Part shown: in pieces, positions 18,756-27,396 of the stretch
How positions within the stretch are numbered: the stretch's first letter is position 1
Layout of the letters: each line of letters begins with the position of its first letter
Assembly (NCBI GenBank): GCA_963674865.2
Contig: CAXXYE010000009.1
Location: forward strand, 1,568,001-1,632,000
Length of the DNA stretch: 64,000 nucleotides
Origin: Candidatus Hydrogenedentota bacterium
GTDB taxonomy: Bacteria > Hydrogenedentota > Hydrogenedentia > Hydrogenedentales > SLHB01
Direction: 5' to 3'
The notes under the pieces: model-generated
Seen by the model: the letters and a program-made list of their open reading frames with translations, nothing else
Told to the model about the DNA's origin: nothing
Databases searched by the model: none
Made by a program: the position numbers and the translations under genes

Positions 18756-20545
18756 GAATATAACTCACGCCACGATACTTGAGACACGGCCCATATGGGA
18801 TAGTTGCCGATCATGCCCAGCGGCAGGTACTTCGGCAACTCGGGAACCTGGTAGATGTCCGGCACGTTCTTGCCCATGTCGAAGTACTCCGCCACAAAGG
18901 TGCCCATCACGACGGTTTGCTTCGAACTCTTGATCTGGGAGGCCGAATAGAAAGCGCCCATCAGGTGCAACTGGGAAGAAACACCCATCGTCATGTCGCT
19001 CGTGGACATGATGCCGAAGATGTTGTTGATGGGGAAGGTGCTCGTATTGTAGGCGCCCGGCACGCCGTTGTCACAGGCGTACATGTTGGCATCGAGAAGG
19101 ACTTCCCCGTCTACAAGGATGGCTGACCGGCCGGTGTAGTAGATGGTATCGTCGCCGCCTTTCTGGACAATTTCCAAATCCCCGTCGATCTGGATCTGAC
19201 CGTTGATCTCGAGCACGTTTGTGCTTGAATCGAAGTAGAGGTAGTTGTCGCCTTTGACGCAGGTGGCTCGGTCGGACTGCGTGCGGCCGGCAGCTAGAGC
19301 GGCCACCGCGGCCCCCGTCGCGCTCTCGCCGGTCGTGGTGTTTACATACATGTCCTGCGACGTGTCAATCGTGACGTTGCCGACATAGCTTTTGTTTTCG
19401 GCGAGAACGTCAGAGAAAAACTCGCCGTGCAGGTAGTTATCCCCGTCGGGACTGGTCTCAAAGGCGCCGGGCGCGCCGACGGGAATGCCCGTGGAGGTCG
19501 GATCGTATTCGTCGCAGTTGACGTAGGCCGGCCAGCGCCAATCATCGGTTAGCAGCGGGAAGGGGACCTTGTCGCCGAGGTCGTAGGTCTCATCCCAGCC
19601 ATTGTCGCTGAACACGTTCTTGGGATCGCCTCGATCACCATCGTCGATAACCTGGTTGCCGGTCCAGCCTTCCTCGTTGTAGATCGCGTCGAGGGTCTCC
19701 TTGTAGTCGTTGCCGGTGCTGTCGGGCTCGCCGACCTCTGCCGTGCCGCTCAAAGATACGCGCCCGTTCTTGACGCGTAGGACGGCATCGATGGTATCGA
19801 TGTCTTCGCCGTTGAAGTTCGTCTGAGGCAGCGGGGGCACGCTGTCCAATTGCCGCTGGGTGACGCCGATGCCGGACTCGTAGTTGTTGTGAATGAGACT
19901 CTTGCCGGTCATGTCGATGACGACGACGGCATCGCCGCCCGAAGGTACGTTGTCCCCGAGGATGTGGACTGACCCGTGTATGCTGACGTTGCCGTTGATG
20001 GCGCCCCCCGCGCCGCCGGAGCCCGCGAAGATGGCGTTGTTCCAGACGTTGACGTCGGCCCCGGCCAGAACGACTTCGGCGGAGCGCACCACGTCTTCGC
20101 ACTGGGCGAAAGCGTAGGCCGTGTAAAATCCGCTTTCTTCGGGGCCGTCGACGTTGCCGTCGCCGTTGTTGTCTTCATTGTCGTTGGACCAGTCATGGGC
20201 GAAGGCCATGTATTCGACGTCAGGCATGCTTGGAATCTGGACTGGGCTGACGTCGGGATCGTCGAACGTGGGCAGCGTGATCCCGTCGCCGGGATTCGGC
20301 ATCGTCCAACTGTCGAGACCGACCCAGCCGTCGCCGCCGGTTTCGAGTTCGAGGAGAGACTCCGCGAAAGCGGATTCGACGCCCTCGAAGCAGCGTTTGA
20401 AGGTGATGTAGCGGTCCACGTGGCTGCTTTGATTGATCACCCGGATGGCCAGGGCTCCCAGCGTGAGGGTGGCGATGACGATAAAGATGGTGGCAACCAA
20501 GAGGGCCATGCCATCATTTTTTCGCAGCGTTGATCTCTTGTTCAT
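18752..20545 (-). CDS. PilX-like pilin-associated protein with a large C-terminal beta-rich domain (copy 1)
   Basis: G|MALLVA type III signal peptide without Glu5 (PilX/GspK style); DNNGDG Ca-binding-like motif. Confidence 0.75.
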   Translation of the reverse strand: MNKRSTLRKNDGMALLVATIFIVIATLTLGALAIRVINQSSHVDRYITFKRCFEGVESAFAESLLELETGGDGWVGLDSWTMPNPGDGITLPTFDDPDVSPVQIPSMPDVEYMAFAHDWSNDNEDNNGDGNVDGPEESGFYTAYAFAQCEDVVRSAEVVLAGADVNVWNNAIFAGSGGAGGAINGNVSIHGSVHILGDNVPSGGDAVVVIDMTGKSLIHNNYESGIGVTQRQLDSVPPLPQTNFNGEDIDTIDAVLRVKNGRVSLSGTAEVGEPDSTGNDYKETLDAIYNEEGWTGNQVIDDGDRGDPKNVFSDNGWDETYDLGDKVPFPLLTDDWRWPAYVNCDEYDPTSTGIPVGAPGAFETSPDGDNYLHGEFFSDVLAENKSYVGNVTIDTSQDMYVNTTTGESATGAAVAALAAGRTQSDRATCVKGDNYLYFDSSTNVLEINGQIQIDGDLEIVQKGGDDTIYYTGRSAILVDGEVLLDANMYACDNGVPGAYNTSTFPINNIFGIMSTSDMTMGVSSQLHLMGAFYSASQIKSSKQTVVMGTFVAEYFDMGKNVPDIYQVPELPKYLPLGMIGNYPIWAVSQVSWRELYS

Positions 20546-20547
20546 AG

Positions 20548-21165
20548 TCAATTCCTCGGGATCACGATTTCGGTCAGGCTCGAGGTCATGGGGACGCCTC
20601 GAAGGATTTCCCTGCGTTCCGTATCAAGTGTTACGGCAATCCCCCCGCCCAGGCGGTCGAACCAGATCCCATGGTCCAGCACGCCGTTGCCATTGAGGTC
20701 TTCGCCGTCATCGAGGACACCGTTATCGTTATTATCTTCGTTAGGGGTAAGGTCATTGGCCAGAATGCGCGTGGTAGCGCCGTCGGTCATAACAAGTTGT
20801 GTGGAGGTGATCCCATCACCGTTCGCGTCGGCTGTATCGGGCCCGAGGGTCCAGACATTGCTAAGTTCCAGGTCGCCGTTTGAGTCGACGGCGACGCCGT
20901 TCCCGTCGGCGTCGGCAGCCATTTGGAAGGTAATGGTGTTGGTGGGCAAGTTGCCCCATGGGATCGTGCCCGCCGCGGCCTGGCGGAGCTCACGCACCAT
21001 CAAGCGCATGCCGGATCTGGCCTGGTCGGTGGCCGTTGCCTTGGTCTCCTGGTCGCGGGCGGCCGCGCCGAGACTGGCGGCGAGCACGAACAGAATTCCC
21101 ATCACGATCGTTAGCAGCGCCAGCGATACCATGAGTTCGAGCAGGGTCATGCCACGGTGCTCCAT
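20548..21165 (-). CDS. prepilin-type N-terminal cleavage/methylation protein, PilW-like (copy 1)
   Basis: RG|MTLLELMV; ELRQA; several Dx(D/N)xNG motifs. Confidence 0.85.
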   Translation of the reverse strand: MEHRGMTLLELMVSLALLTIVMGILFVLAASLGAAARDQETKATATDQARSGMRLMVRELRQAAAGTIPWGNLPTNTITFQMAADADGNGVAVDSNGDLELSNVWTLGPDTADANGDGITSTQLVMTDGATTRILANDLTPNEDNNDNGVLDDGEDLNGNGVLDHGIWFDRLGGGIAVTLDTERREILRGVPMTSSLTEIVIPRN

Positions 21166-21168
21166 GAG

Positions 21169-21609
21169 CTACCTCCTCACAATCGCCGACGAACTCGCCG
21201 AGGTCGTGCGGCCCGCGCGGTCCAGCCATTGGATAGTGACCTGTACCTCGCAAGGATTCGGCAACGGATCGGTAAGGGAGTCCTCATCGGTGGGCAGAAT
21301 GACCTCGTTGCCGGCCGTATCGAAGCACTTGATCTCGAGGGCGACGTTGTCGCCCAAGGCGCCGGGCGCCGGTGGGTTGTAGGCGAGGAGCTGGGAGTAG
21401 TTGAGGCCCCGCACCTCTTCGAGCACGCTGGCAATCTCAGTGGTTGCCGTGGCCCGGTCCTCCGAGAGGTTGCCGACTTGGTGCATGCTGAAAATCGAGC
21501 CGAAGACGAACACCAGCGCGATTACAACTACACCGGCTGCGAACATCAGCTCGAGCAGAGTCATGCCCTCTTCCCGGTCGGCAATATGTGTCTTACACGT
21601 TTTCGTCAT
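21169..21609 (-). CDS. prepilin-type protein, PilV-like (copy 1)
   Basis: EG|MTLLELMF; LEEVR; C-terminal EVQVTIQW. Confidence 0.85.
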   Translation of the reverse strand: MTKTCKTHIADREEGMTLLELMFAAGVVVIALVFVFGSIFSMHQVGNLSEDRATATTEIASVLEEVRGLNYSQLLAYNPPAPGALGDNVALEIKCFDTAGNEVILPTDEDSLTDPLPNPCEVQVTIQWLDRAGRTTSASSSAIVRR

Positions 21610-21763
21610 AGCCCTTACCTGCACGGTGTGGCACCTGTGCCGTGTGCCATGGACGACGGCTGCAACGGTTCTCAAGGGTCCGTTGCGCGCCCCGTTCCAC
21701 GTCTTCCCTTATTGACTTGCTCGCGAAGCGACAATCTGTACTAAACCTACCGCGATACCAATA

Positions 21764-21779
21764 AGCAATTCCGGTGCCA
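21764..21779 (-). promoter_or_regulatory. sigma54 promoter of pilin operon copy 1
   Basis: Minus strand TGGCAC-CGGAA-TTGCT. Confidence 0.85.
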
Positions 21780-22026
21780 TTCGATTCCCATTGGTGGGTA
21801 TGTTGCGTAACGCATTTGATAGCATTGACATATGTGGTCTGGCTGCGCCGGGGCGCTCTGGCGCAAGTGGGCGAATCCGCGCATCAGCAGGGGAAAAACA
21901 CGGGACTTGAGACGGGGCGAAGGTCTTCTGCCCAAGAAGGAGGGGATCCGGGCGCTGTTCTTCGCGTACCGACGCCCGGGCTCTCAAGGCCCGCTCATCA
22001 TGCGGCCAGATGGTGTGCGAAAGAAA

Positions 22027-22114
22027 TTATGGGACGGAGGCTATGTAGATGACGTCGGCGGCCAATACGCCGTCCACCCGCAGTTGTCCCTCGACTTCCA
22101 CGGATAGGCCAGCA
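22027..22114 (-). pseudogene. orphan duplicate of the 3' end of the DUF4382-like gene
   Basis: Encodes AGLSVEVEGQLRVDGVLAADVIYIASVP*, identical to the C-terminus of 25953..27110. Confidence 0.9.
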
Positions 22115-22142
22115 ACCCCCGCTCCGGGCCTGACGGAGGCCG

Positions 22143-22682
22143 TCAATAACCGAGCTGCTGTCTCGCGAAGGCGTGCTCCTGGGAGTCTTCCGGAAAGGCG
22201 CGCATCATCTCTCGGTAGACTTGGTGCGCGCCCTGGGAGTCGCCCTTGCGCTCGTAGCATCGAGCAAGATCCGGATAGACGCCGCGTACGCCGCTCCAGT
22301 CGGGATACGCGGTGAGGATACGCTCGTAGCAGATGATGGCTTCGTCGTAATCGCCGAGTTCCTGGCCATAGAGGTTGGCCATGGCCTTGAGATACGCGGG
22401 GGCGTCTTCGCTCTGGGGGTCGGCCTCGATCTTCGTCCGATGGCCCTCGATAACTTCCAGCGTCTTTTCGCGTTCGGTCAACCTATGGGACGGGCGCTCG
22501 ACGGCGTTTGCGATGCCTCCGTCCTGCGACTGGGTCACGGCGCCACCGGCGGCGGCGCCGTCTTGCAGCTCCTTCTCTCCGGAGGAGATCAGCATGTAGG
22601 CGGCCATGACAAACACGAGGGCCAGCAGAACGAAGAGGTACCAGTTATCTTTGATGACGGTCTTGGTGAATTGTCTGCTCAT
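22143..22682 (-). CDS. TPR protein with N-terminal TM anchor (copy 2)
   Basis: Paralog of 18216..18755 with a different linker. Confidence 0.85.
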   Translation of the reverse strand: MSRQFTKTVIKDNWYLFVLLALVFVMAAYMLISSGEKELQDGAAAGGAVTQSQDGGIANAVERPSHRLTEREKTLEVIEGHRTKIEADPQSEDAPAYLKAMANLYGQELGDYDEAIICYERILTAYPDWSGVRGVYPDLARCYERKGDSQGAHQVYREMMRAFPEDSQEHAFARQQLGY

Positions 22683-24475
22683 GAGTATAGCTCACGCCAC
22701 GATATCTGAGACACAGCCCATATGGGATAGTTGCCGATCATGCCCAGCGGCAGGTACTTCGGCAGCTCGGGAACCTGATAGATGTCCGGCACCTGCTTGC
22801 CCATCTCGAAGTAGTTCGAGACGAAGGTGCCCATCACGACAGTCTGTTTGGAGCATGTGATCTGCGTCGCGGAATAGAAGGCGCCCATCAGGTGCAACTG
22901 CGATGCGACGCCCATAGTCATATCGTCCGTGGACATGATCCCGAAGATGTTGTTGATGGGATAGGTGGCGGCGTTGTAGGCGCCTGGTACGCCATTTTCA
23001 CAAGCGTACATGTTGGCGTCGAGAAGGGCTTCACCGTTCACTAAGAACGCAGCGCGCCCGGTGTAGTAGATGGTGTCGTCGTTGCCCTTCTGGGTGATCT
23101 CGAAGTCTCCATCGATCTGGATCTGCCCGTTGATCTCGAGCACGTTTGTGCTCGAATCGAAATAGAGGTAGTTGTCGCCTTTGACGCAGGTGGCGCGGTC
23201 GGACTTCGTGCGTCCTGCCGCGAGGGCCGCCGCGCCCGAGCCAACGGCGCTCTCGCCGGTGGTAGTGTTGATATAGAGGTCTTTGGAGGTACTGAGCGTA
23301 ACGTCGCCGACGTGGCTCTTGTTGTCGGCGAGAACGTCAGAAAAAAACTCGCCGTGCAGGTAGTTGTCCCCATCGGGACTGGTCTCAAAGGAGCCGGGCG
23401 CGCCGACGGGGATTCCCGTGAGGCTCGGATCGTACTCATCGCAGTTGACGTAGGATGGCCAGCGCCAATCGTCGGTTAGCAGCGGGAATGGGACCTTGTC
23501 GCCGAGGTCGTAGGTTTCATCCCATCCATTGTCGCTGAAGACGCTTACTGGATCGCCGCGTCCGCCATCGTCGACCACCTTGTTCCCGGTCCAGCCGTCT
23601 TCGTTGTAGATCGCGTCGAGGGTCTCCTTATAGGTGTTGCCCGTGTCGTCGGCCTCGCCGATTTCGGCCGAACCGCTCAAGGATACGCGTCCGCGCTTGA
23701 CGCGGAGAACGGCGTCGATGGTATCGATGTCTTCGCCGTTGAAGTTGGTCTGTGGCAATGGCGGCACGCTGTCCAACTGGCGCTGCGTGATCTTGCTTGT
23801 GCCTGATTCGTAATTGTTGTGGATGAGGCTCGCACCTATCATGTCGATGACGACGACGGCATCACCACCGGCGGGGACATGGTTGCCTAAGATGTGGACG
23901 GAGCCGTGTATGCTCACGTTGCCGTTGATGGCGCCGCCGGCGGCGCCGGCGCCGGCGAAGATGGCGTTATTCCAGACGTTGACGTCGGCCCCGCTCAGGA
24001 CGACCTCGGCGGAGCGCACCACGCCTTCGCACTGGGCGAAGGCGTAAGCCGTGTAGAATCCACTCTCTTCGGGGCCGTCGACGTTGCCGTCGCCGTTGTT
24101 GTCTTCATTGTCGTTAGACCAGTCATGGGCGAAGGCCATGTACTCGACATTGGGCATGCTTGGAATCTGGACGGGGCTGACGTCGGGATCGTCGAACGTG
24201 GGCAAGGTGATTCCATCGCCGGGATTCGGCATGGTCCAACTGTCGAGCCCGACCCAGCCGTCGCCGCCGGTTTCGAGTTCGAGGAGAGACTCCGCGAAAG
24301 CGGATTCGACGCCCTCGAAGCAGCGTTTGAAGGTGATGTAGCGGTCCACGTGGCTGCTCTGATTGATCACCCGGATGGCCAGGGCTCCCAGCGTGAGGGT
24401 GGCAATGACGATAAACATCATGGCAACCAAGAGGGCCATGCCGTCGCTTTTTCGCAGCGTTGATCTCTTGTTCAT
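22679..24475 (-). CDS. PilX-like pilin-associated protein (copy 2)
   Basis: Paralog of 18752..20545. Confidence 0.75.
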   Translation of the reverse strand: MNKRSTLRKSDGMALLVAMMFIVIATLTLGALAIRVINQSSHVDRYITFKRCFEGVESAFAESLLELETGGDGWVGLDSWTMPNPGDGITLPTFDDPDVSPVQIPSMPNVEYMAFAHDWSNDNEDNNGDGNVDGPEESGFYTAYAFAQCEGVVRSAEVVLSGADVNVWNNAIFAGAGAAGGAINGNVSIHGSVHILGNHVPAGGDAVVVIDMIGASLIHNNYESGTSKITQRQLDSVPPLPQTNFNGEDIDTIDAVLRVKRGRVSLSGSAEIGEADDTGNTYKETLDAIYNEDGWTGNKVVDDGGRGDPVSVFSDNGWDETYDLGDKVPFPLLTDDWRWPSYVNCDEYDPSLTGIPVGAPGSFETSPDGDNYLHGEFFSDVLADNKSHVGDVTLSTSKDLYINTTTGESAVGSGAAALAAGRTKSDRATCVKGDNYLYFDSSTNVLEINGQIQIDGDFEITQKGNDDTIYYTGRAAFLVNGEALLDANMYACENGVPGAYNAATYPINNIFGIMSTDDMTMGVASQLHLMGAFYSATQITCSKQTVVMGTFVSNYFEMGKQVPDIYQVPELPKYLPLGMIGNYPIWAVSQISWRELYS

Positions 24476-24477
24476 AG

Positions 24478-25095
24478 TTAATTCCTCGGGATCACGATTT
24501 CGGTCAGGCTCGAGGTCATGGGGACGCCTCGAAGGATTTCCCTGCGTTCCGTGTCGAGCGTGACGGCAATTCCTCCGCCTAAGCGGTCGAACCAGATGCC
24601 ATGGTCCAGCACGCCGTTTCCGTTGAGGTCTTCGCCGTCATCAAGGACACCGTTATCGTTATTGTCTTCGTCGGGGGTAAGGTCATTTGCCAGAATGCGC
24701 GTGGTGGCCCCGTCGGTCATGACGAGTTGGCTCGAAGATAGCCCGTCGCTGTTGGCGTCGGCGGTGTCGGGGCCGAGGGTCCAGACATTGCTTAGTTCCA
24801 GGTCGCCGTTTGAGTCGACGGCGACGCCGTTCCCGTCGGCGTCGGCAGCCATTTGGAAGGTAATGGTGTTGGTGGGCAGGTTGCCCCACGGGATGGTGCC
24901 CGCTGCGGCCTGTCGAAGCTCGCGCACCATCACCTGCATGCCCAATCTGGTTTGGTCGGTGGCGGTTGCCTTGGTTTCTTGGTCGCGGGCGGCCGCGCCG
25001 AGACTGGCGGCGAGCACGAACAAAATCCCCATCACGGCGGTGAGTAGGGCCAGCGACACCATGAGTTCGAGCAGGGTCATGCCACGGCGCTCCAT
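24478..25095 (-). CDS. prepilin-type protein, PilW-like (copy 2)
   Basis: RG|MTLLELMV; paralog of 20548..21165. Confidence 0.85.
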   Translation of the reverse strand: MERRGMTLLELMVSLALLTAVMGILFVLAASLGAAARDQETKATATDQTRLGMQVMVRELRQAAAGTIPWGNLPTNTITFQMAADADGNGVAVDSNGDLELSNVWTLGPDTADANSDGLSSSQLVMTDGATTRILANDLTPDEDNNDNGVLDDGEDLNGNGVLDHGIWFDRLGGGIAVTLDTERREILRGVPMTSSLTEIVIPRN

Positions 25096-25098
25096 GAG

Positions 25099-25539
25099 CT
25101 ACCTCCTCACAATCGCCGACGAACTCGTCGAGGTCGTACGGCCCGCGCGGTCCAGCCATTGGATAGTGACCTGTACCTCGCAAGGATTGGGCAACGGATC
25201 GGTAAGGGAGTCCTCATCGGTGGGCAGAATGACCTCGTTGCCGGCCGTATCGAAGCACTTGATCTCGAGGGCGACGTTGTCGCCCAAGGCGCCGGGCGCC
25301 GGTGGATTGTAGGCGAGGAGCTGGGAGTAGTTGAGGCCCCGCACCTCTTCGAGCACGCTGGCAATCTCAGTGGTTGCCGTGGCCCGGTCTTCCGAGAGGT
25401 TGCCGACTTGGTGCATGCTGAAAATCGAGCCGAAGACGAACACCAGCGCAATTGCAACCACGCCGGCTGCGAACATCAGCTCGAGCAGAGTCATGCCCTC
25501 TTCCCGGTCGGCGATATGTTTCTCACACGTTTTCGTCAT
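25099..25539 (-). CDS. prepilin-type protein, PilV-like (copy 2)
   Basis: EG|MTLLELMF; near-identical to 21169..21609. Confidence 0.85.
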   Translation of the reverse strand: MTKTCEKHIADREEGMTLLELMFAAGVVAIALVFVFGSIFSMHQVGNLSEDRATATTEIASVLEEVRGLNYSQLLAYNPPAPGALGDNVALEIKCFDTAGNEVILPTDEDSLTDPLPNPCEVQVTIQWLDRAGRTTSTSSSAIVRR

Positions 25540-25692
25540 AGCCCTTACCTGCATAATGTGGCACGCGTGCCACGCGCCCTAAATCATGGCCGCAACGGCT
25601 CTCAAGGGTCCGTTGCGCGCCCCGTTCCACGTCTTCCCTTATTGACTTGCTCGCGAAGCGACAATCGGTACTATACCCACCGCAGTAGATGG

Positions 25693-25708
25693 AGCAATTC
25701 CGGTGCCA
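25693..25708 (-). promoter_or_regulatory. sigma54 promoter of pilin operon copy 2
   Basis: Minus strand TGGCAC-CGGAA-TTGCT, identical to copy 1 although the flanks diverge. Confidence 0.85.
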
Positions 25709-25952
25709 TTCGACTTCTATTAGCGGGTATGCTTCGTAACGCATTGTGCAGTAATAACATATGCATGCCGGTGGTTCGTGGGCGACAAGGGAAAAGTGCG
25801 TAATTTCCCCCAGTGGTAGGGGTAATTTACGCACTTTTGGCCTCGGATGGCAGTCGCCTGAAATGGAACGGACCCGGGCGTTGTCCTCTGCGTACCAACG
25901 CCCGGGTCCTCAAGGCCCGCTCATCATGCGGCCGGATAGTGTGCGAAAGAAA

Positions 25953-27110
25953 TTATGGGACGGAGGCTATGTAGATCACGTCGGCGGCTAATACGCCGTC
26001 CACCCGCAGTTGTCCCTCGACTTCCACGGATAGGCCAGCAGCGAGGTCAGTGGGACTGCCTGTCGGTGCCGTGGTGTCGGTGGGTAGGAAGACCTGGGCT
26101 TGGGAGTAGTTGACGACGAGTTCGCCCCCTGCAAGTTGGAGTGTCAGGAGTTGATCTTGCGCATTGATTTCCAGGACGGTCCCCGTGACATAGGCTTCAG
26201 CCGCTTGCACCTCAACGTCTGCGCGCAATTGCGGCGTGAGGTTATAGCGGCCGTTGCCCTGCTTGACGAGATGAATCCCGTCGAACTCAAGTAACAGGAG
26301 GCTTGGTCCACCCGCGGGTAGCACAAATTGCTCGGAGATGAACAAGCGGCCGTTTGCCGTGAGTTTGACGTCGGTAATGGCCGTCTCAGGGTCGGCGGCC
26401 AGGTAAAGGCGCGGGTTGGTGATAGCGAGCACAATCTTGGTGTACTTGCCGGAAGGTACCTCCGCATAAGAGAGGACTTCCGAGATGGCTGTAAGGTTTT
26501 TGAGGTCCACGTCGAGGGGCTCATCGAGCAGGCTCACCCTGTTGAGGCAGGGGCAAATGTCGTCGATGACCTCGACGGTGCCCGTCATGCCTTCGCCGAC
26601 GTCCGGCTCGGAGAAATAGGTGTAGAGCCCGGCGGTGTTGAAGCCCACATCCCCAAAATCGCCCGCCGCATCAAAGGCCAGATTGAAGAGCGTCCCCGCG
26701 TCGGTGTCGCCAAATTCGCCGCTTGTGACGGTGTGGGCGCCGTTCTCCATCCAGAGCCATCGGACGGTGGTTCCTGTGCCGACAGTAATGTCGGCGGGGT
26801 CGAATTCGAAGTCGCTGACTTCGACGACAGCGGGGTCGTCGCCTGGACATTGGCCTTCGCAGGCACGGTGGAGGGTTATCTGCGTGACGGTCACGACGAG
26901 TTTGTCGACATCCTGAATGTCTAGTGGGGCCTTCTTCGGCAAGAGGGCCGCGAGCACTTTCTGCGTGGTCGAGGCGTCGCCCACGGTGAGAACCGTGGTG
27001 AGCTTTGTGTCGCCTGACCTGAATAGAGGACACCCGACGAGGCCAACGGTCAACGCCAGCAATCCCGTTATGCCAATAACTTGAGCAAAGCGAAGTCGGG
27101 TATTTGTCAT
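25953..27110 (-). CDS. lipoprotein, DUF4382-like, with an inserted cupredoxin-like domain and a C-terminal DUF5666-like OB fold
   Basis: Lipobox LVGC; LVVTVTQITLH and LDVDLKNL..GKYTKIVL..YNLTPQL pattern; plastocyanin-like insert FDPADITV..TVRW..HTVTS..GMTGTVEV; RBS GAGGAGG. Confidence 0.7.
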   Translation of the reverse strand: MTNTRLRFAQVIGITGLLALTVGLVGCPLFRSGDTKLTTVLTVGDASTTQKVLAALLPKKAPLDIQDVDKLVVTVTQITLHRACEGQCPGDDPAVVEVSDFEFDPADITVGTGTTVRWLWMENGAHTVTSGEFGDTDAGTLFNLAFDAAGDFGDVGFNTAGLYTYFSEPDVGEGMTGTVEVIDDICPCLNRVSLLDEPLDVDLKNLTAISEVLSYAEVPSGKYTKIVLAITNPRLYLAADPETAITDVKLTANGRLFISEQFVLPAGGPSLLLLEFDGIHLVKQGNGRYNLTPQLRADVEVQAAEAYVTGTVLEINAQDQLLTLQLAGGELVVNYSQAQVFLPTDTTAPTGSPTDLAAGLSVEVEGQLRVDGVLAADVIYIASVP

Positions 27111-27396
27111 TCTTGCTTCCTCCTCAGCCGGTTACGCGTCCCGCTCGTGTATCGTGACGGCTTCGGGCGCAGCAACCACGTGCGTCCGAGGGGACACACA
27201 TGGACTTCGGCCCTTGACGGCCAACCATGTTAACACGGAGCAAGTCTAATGCCGGGGGGCGCTCTATCGAGCCAGGTGACGTAAGGTGCTTGGAAAGCTT
27301 GAGATAGGGGGACTCTTGTCGTTGCGCAATGAGCCAACCGGGGCCGCAAATGGGTGTGAATCCCCGCCGATAGGGGGAAAAACCACGGCATCCCAG

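Larger units (their letters stand above)
18216..22114. repeat. tandem duplication unit 1 (~3.9 kb)
   Basis: Collinear homology with 22143..26040, offset ~3926-3930 bp. Confidence 0.95.
22143..26040. repeat. tandem duplication unit 2 (~3.9 kb)
   Basis: Collinear homology with 18216..22114. Confidence 0.95.

Noticed and set aside
27160..27195. sigma54 promoter for the DUF4382-like gene
   Set aside because: GG and GC are 12 nt apart rather than the required 10
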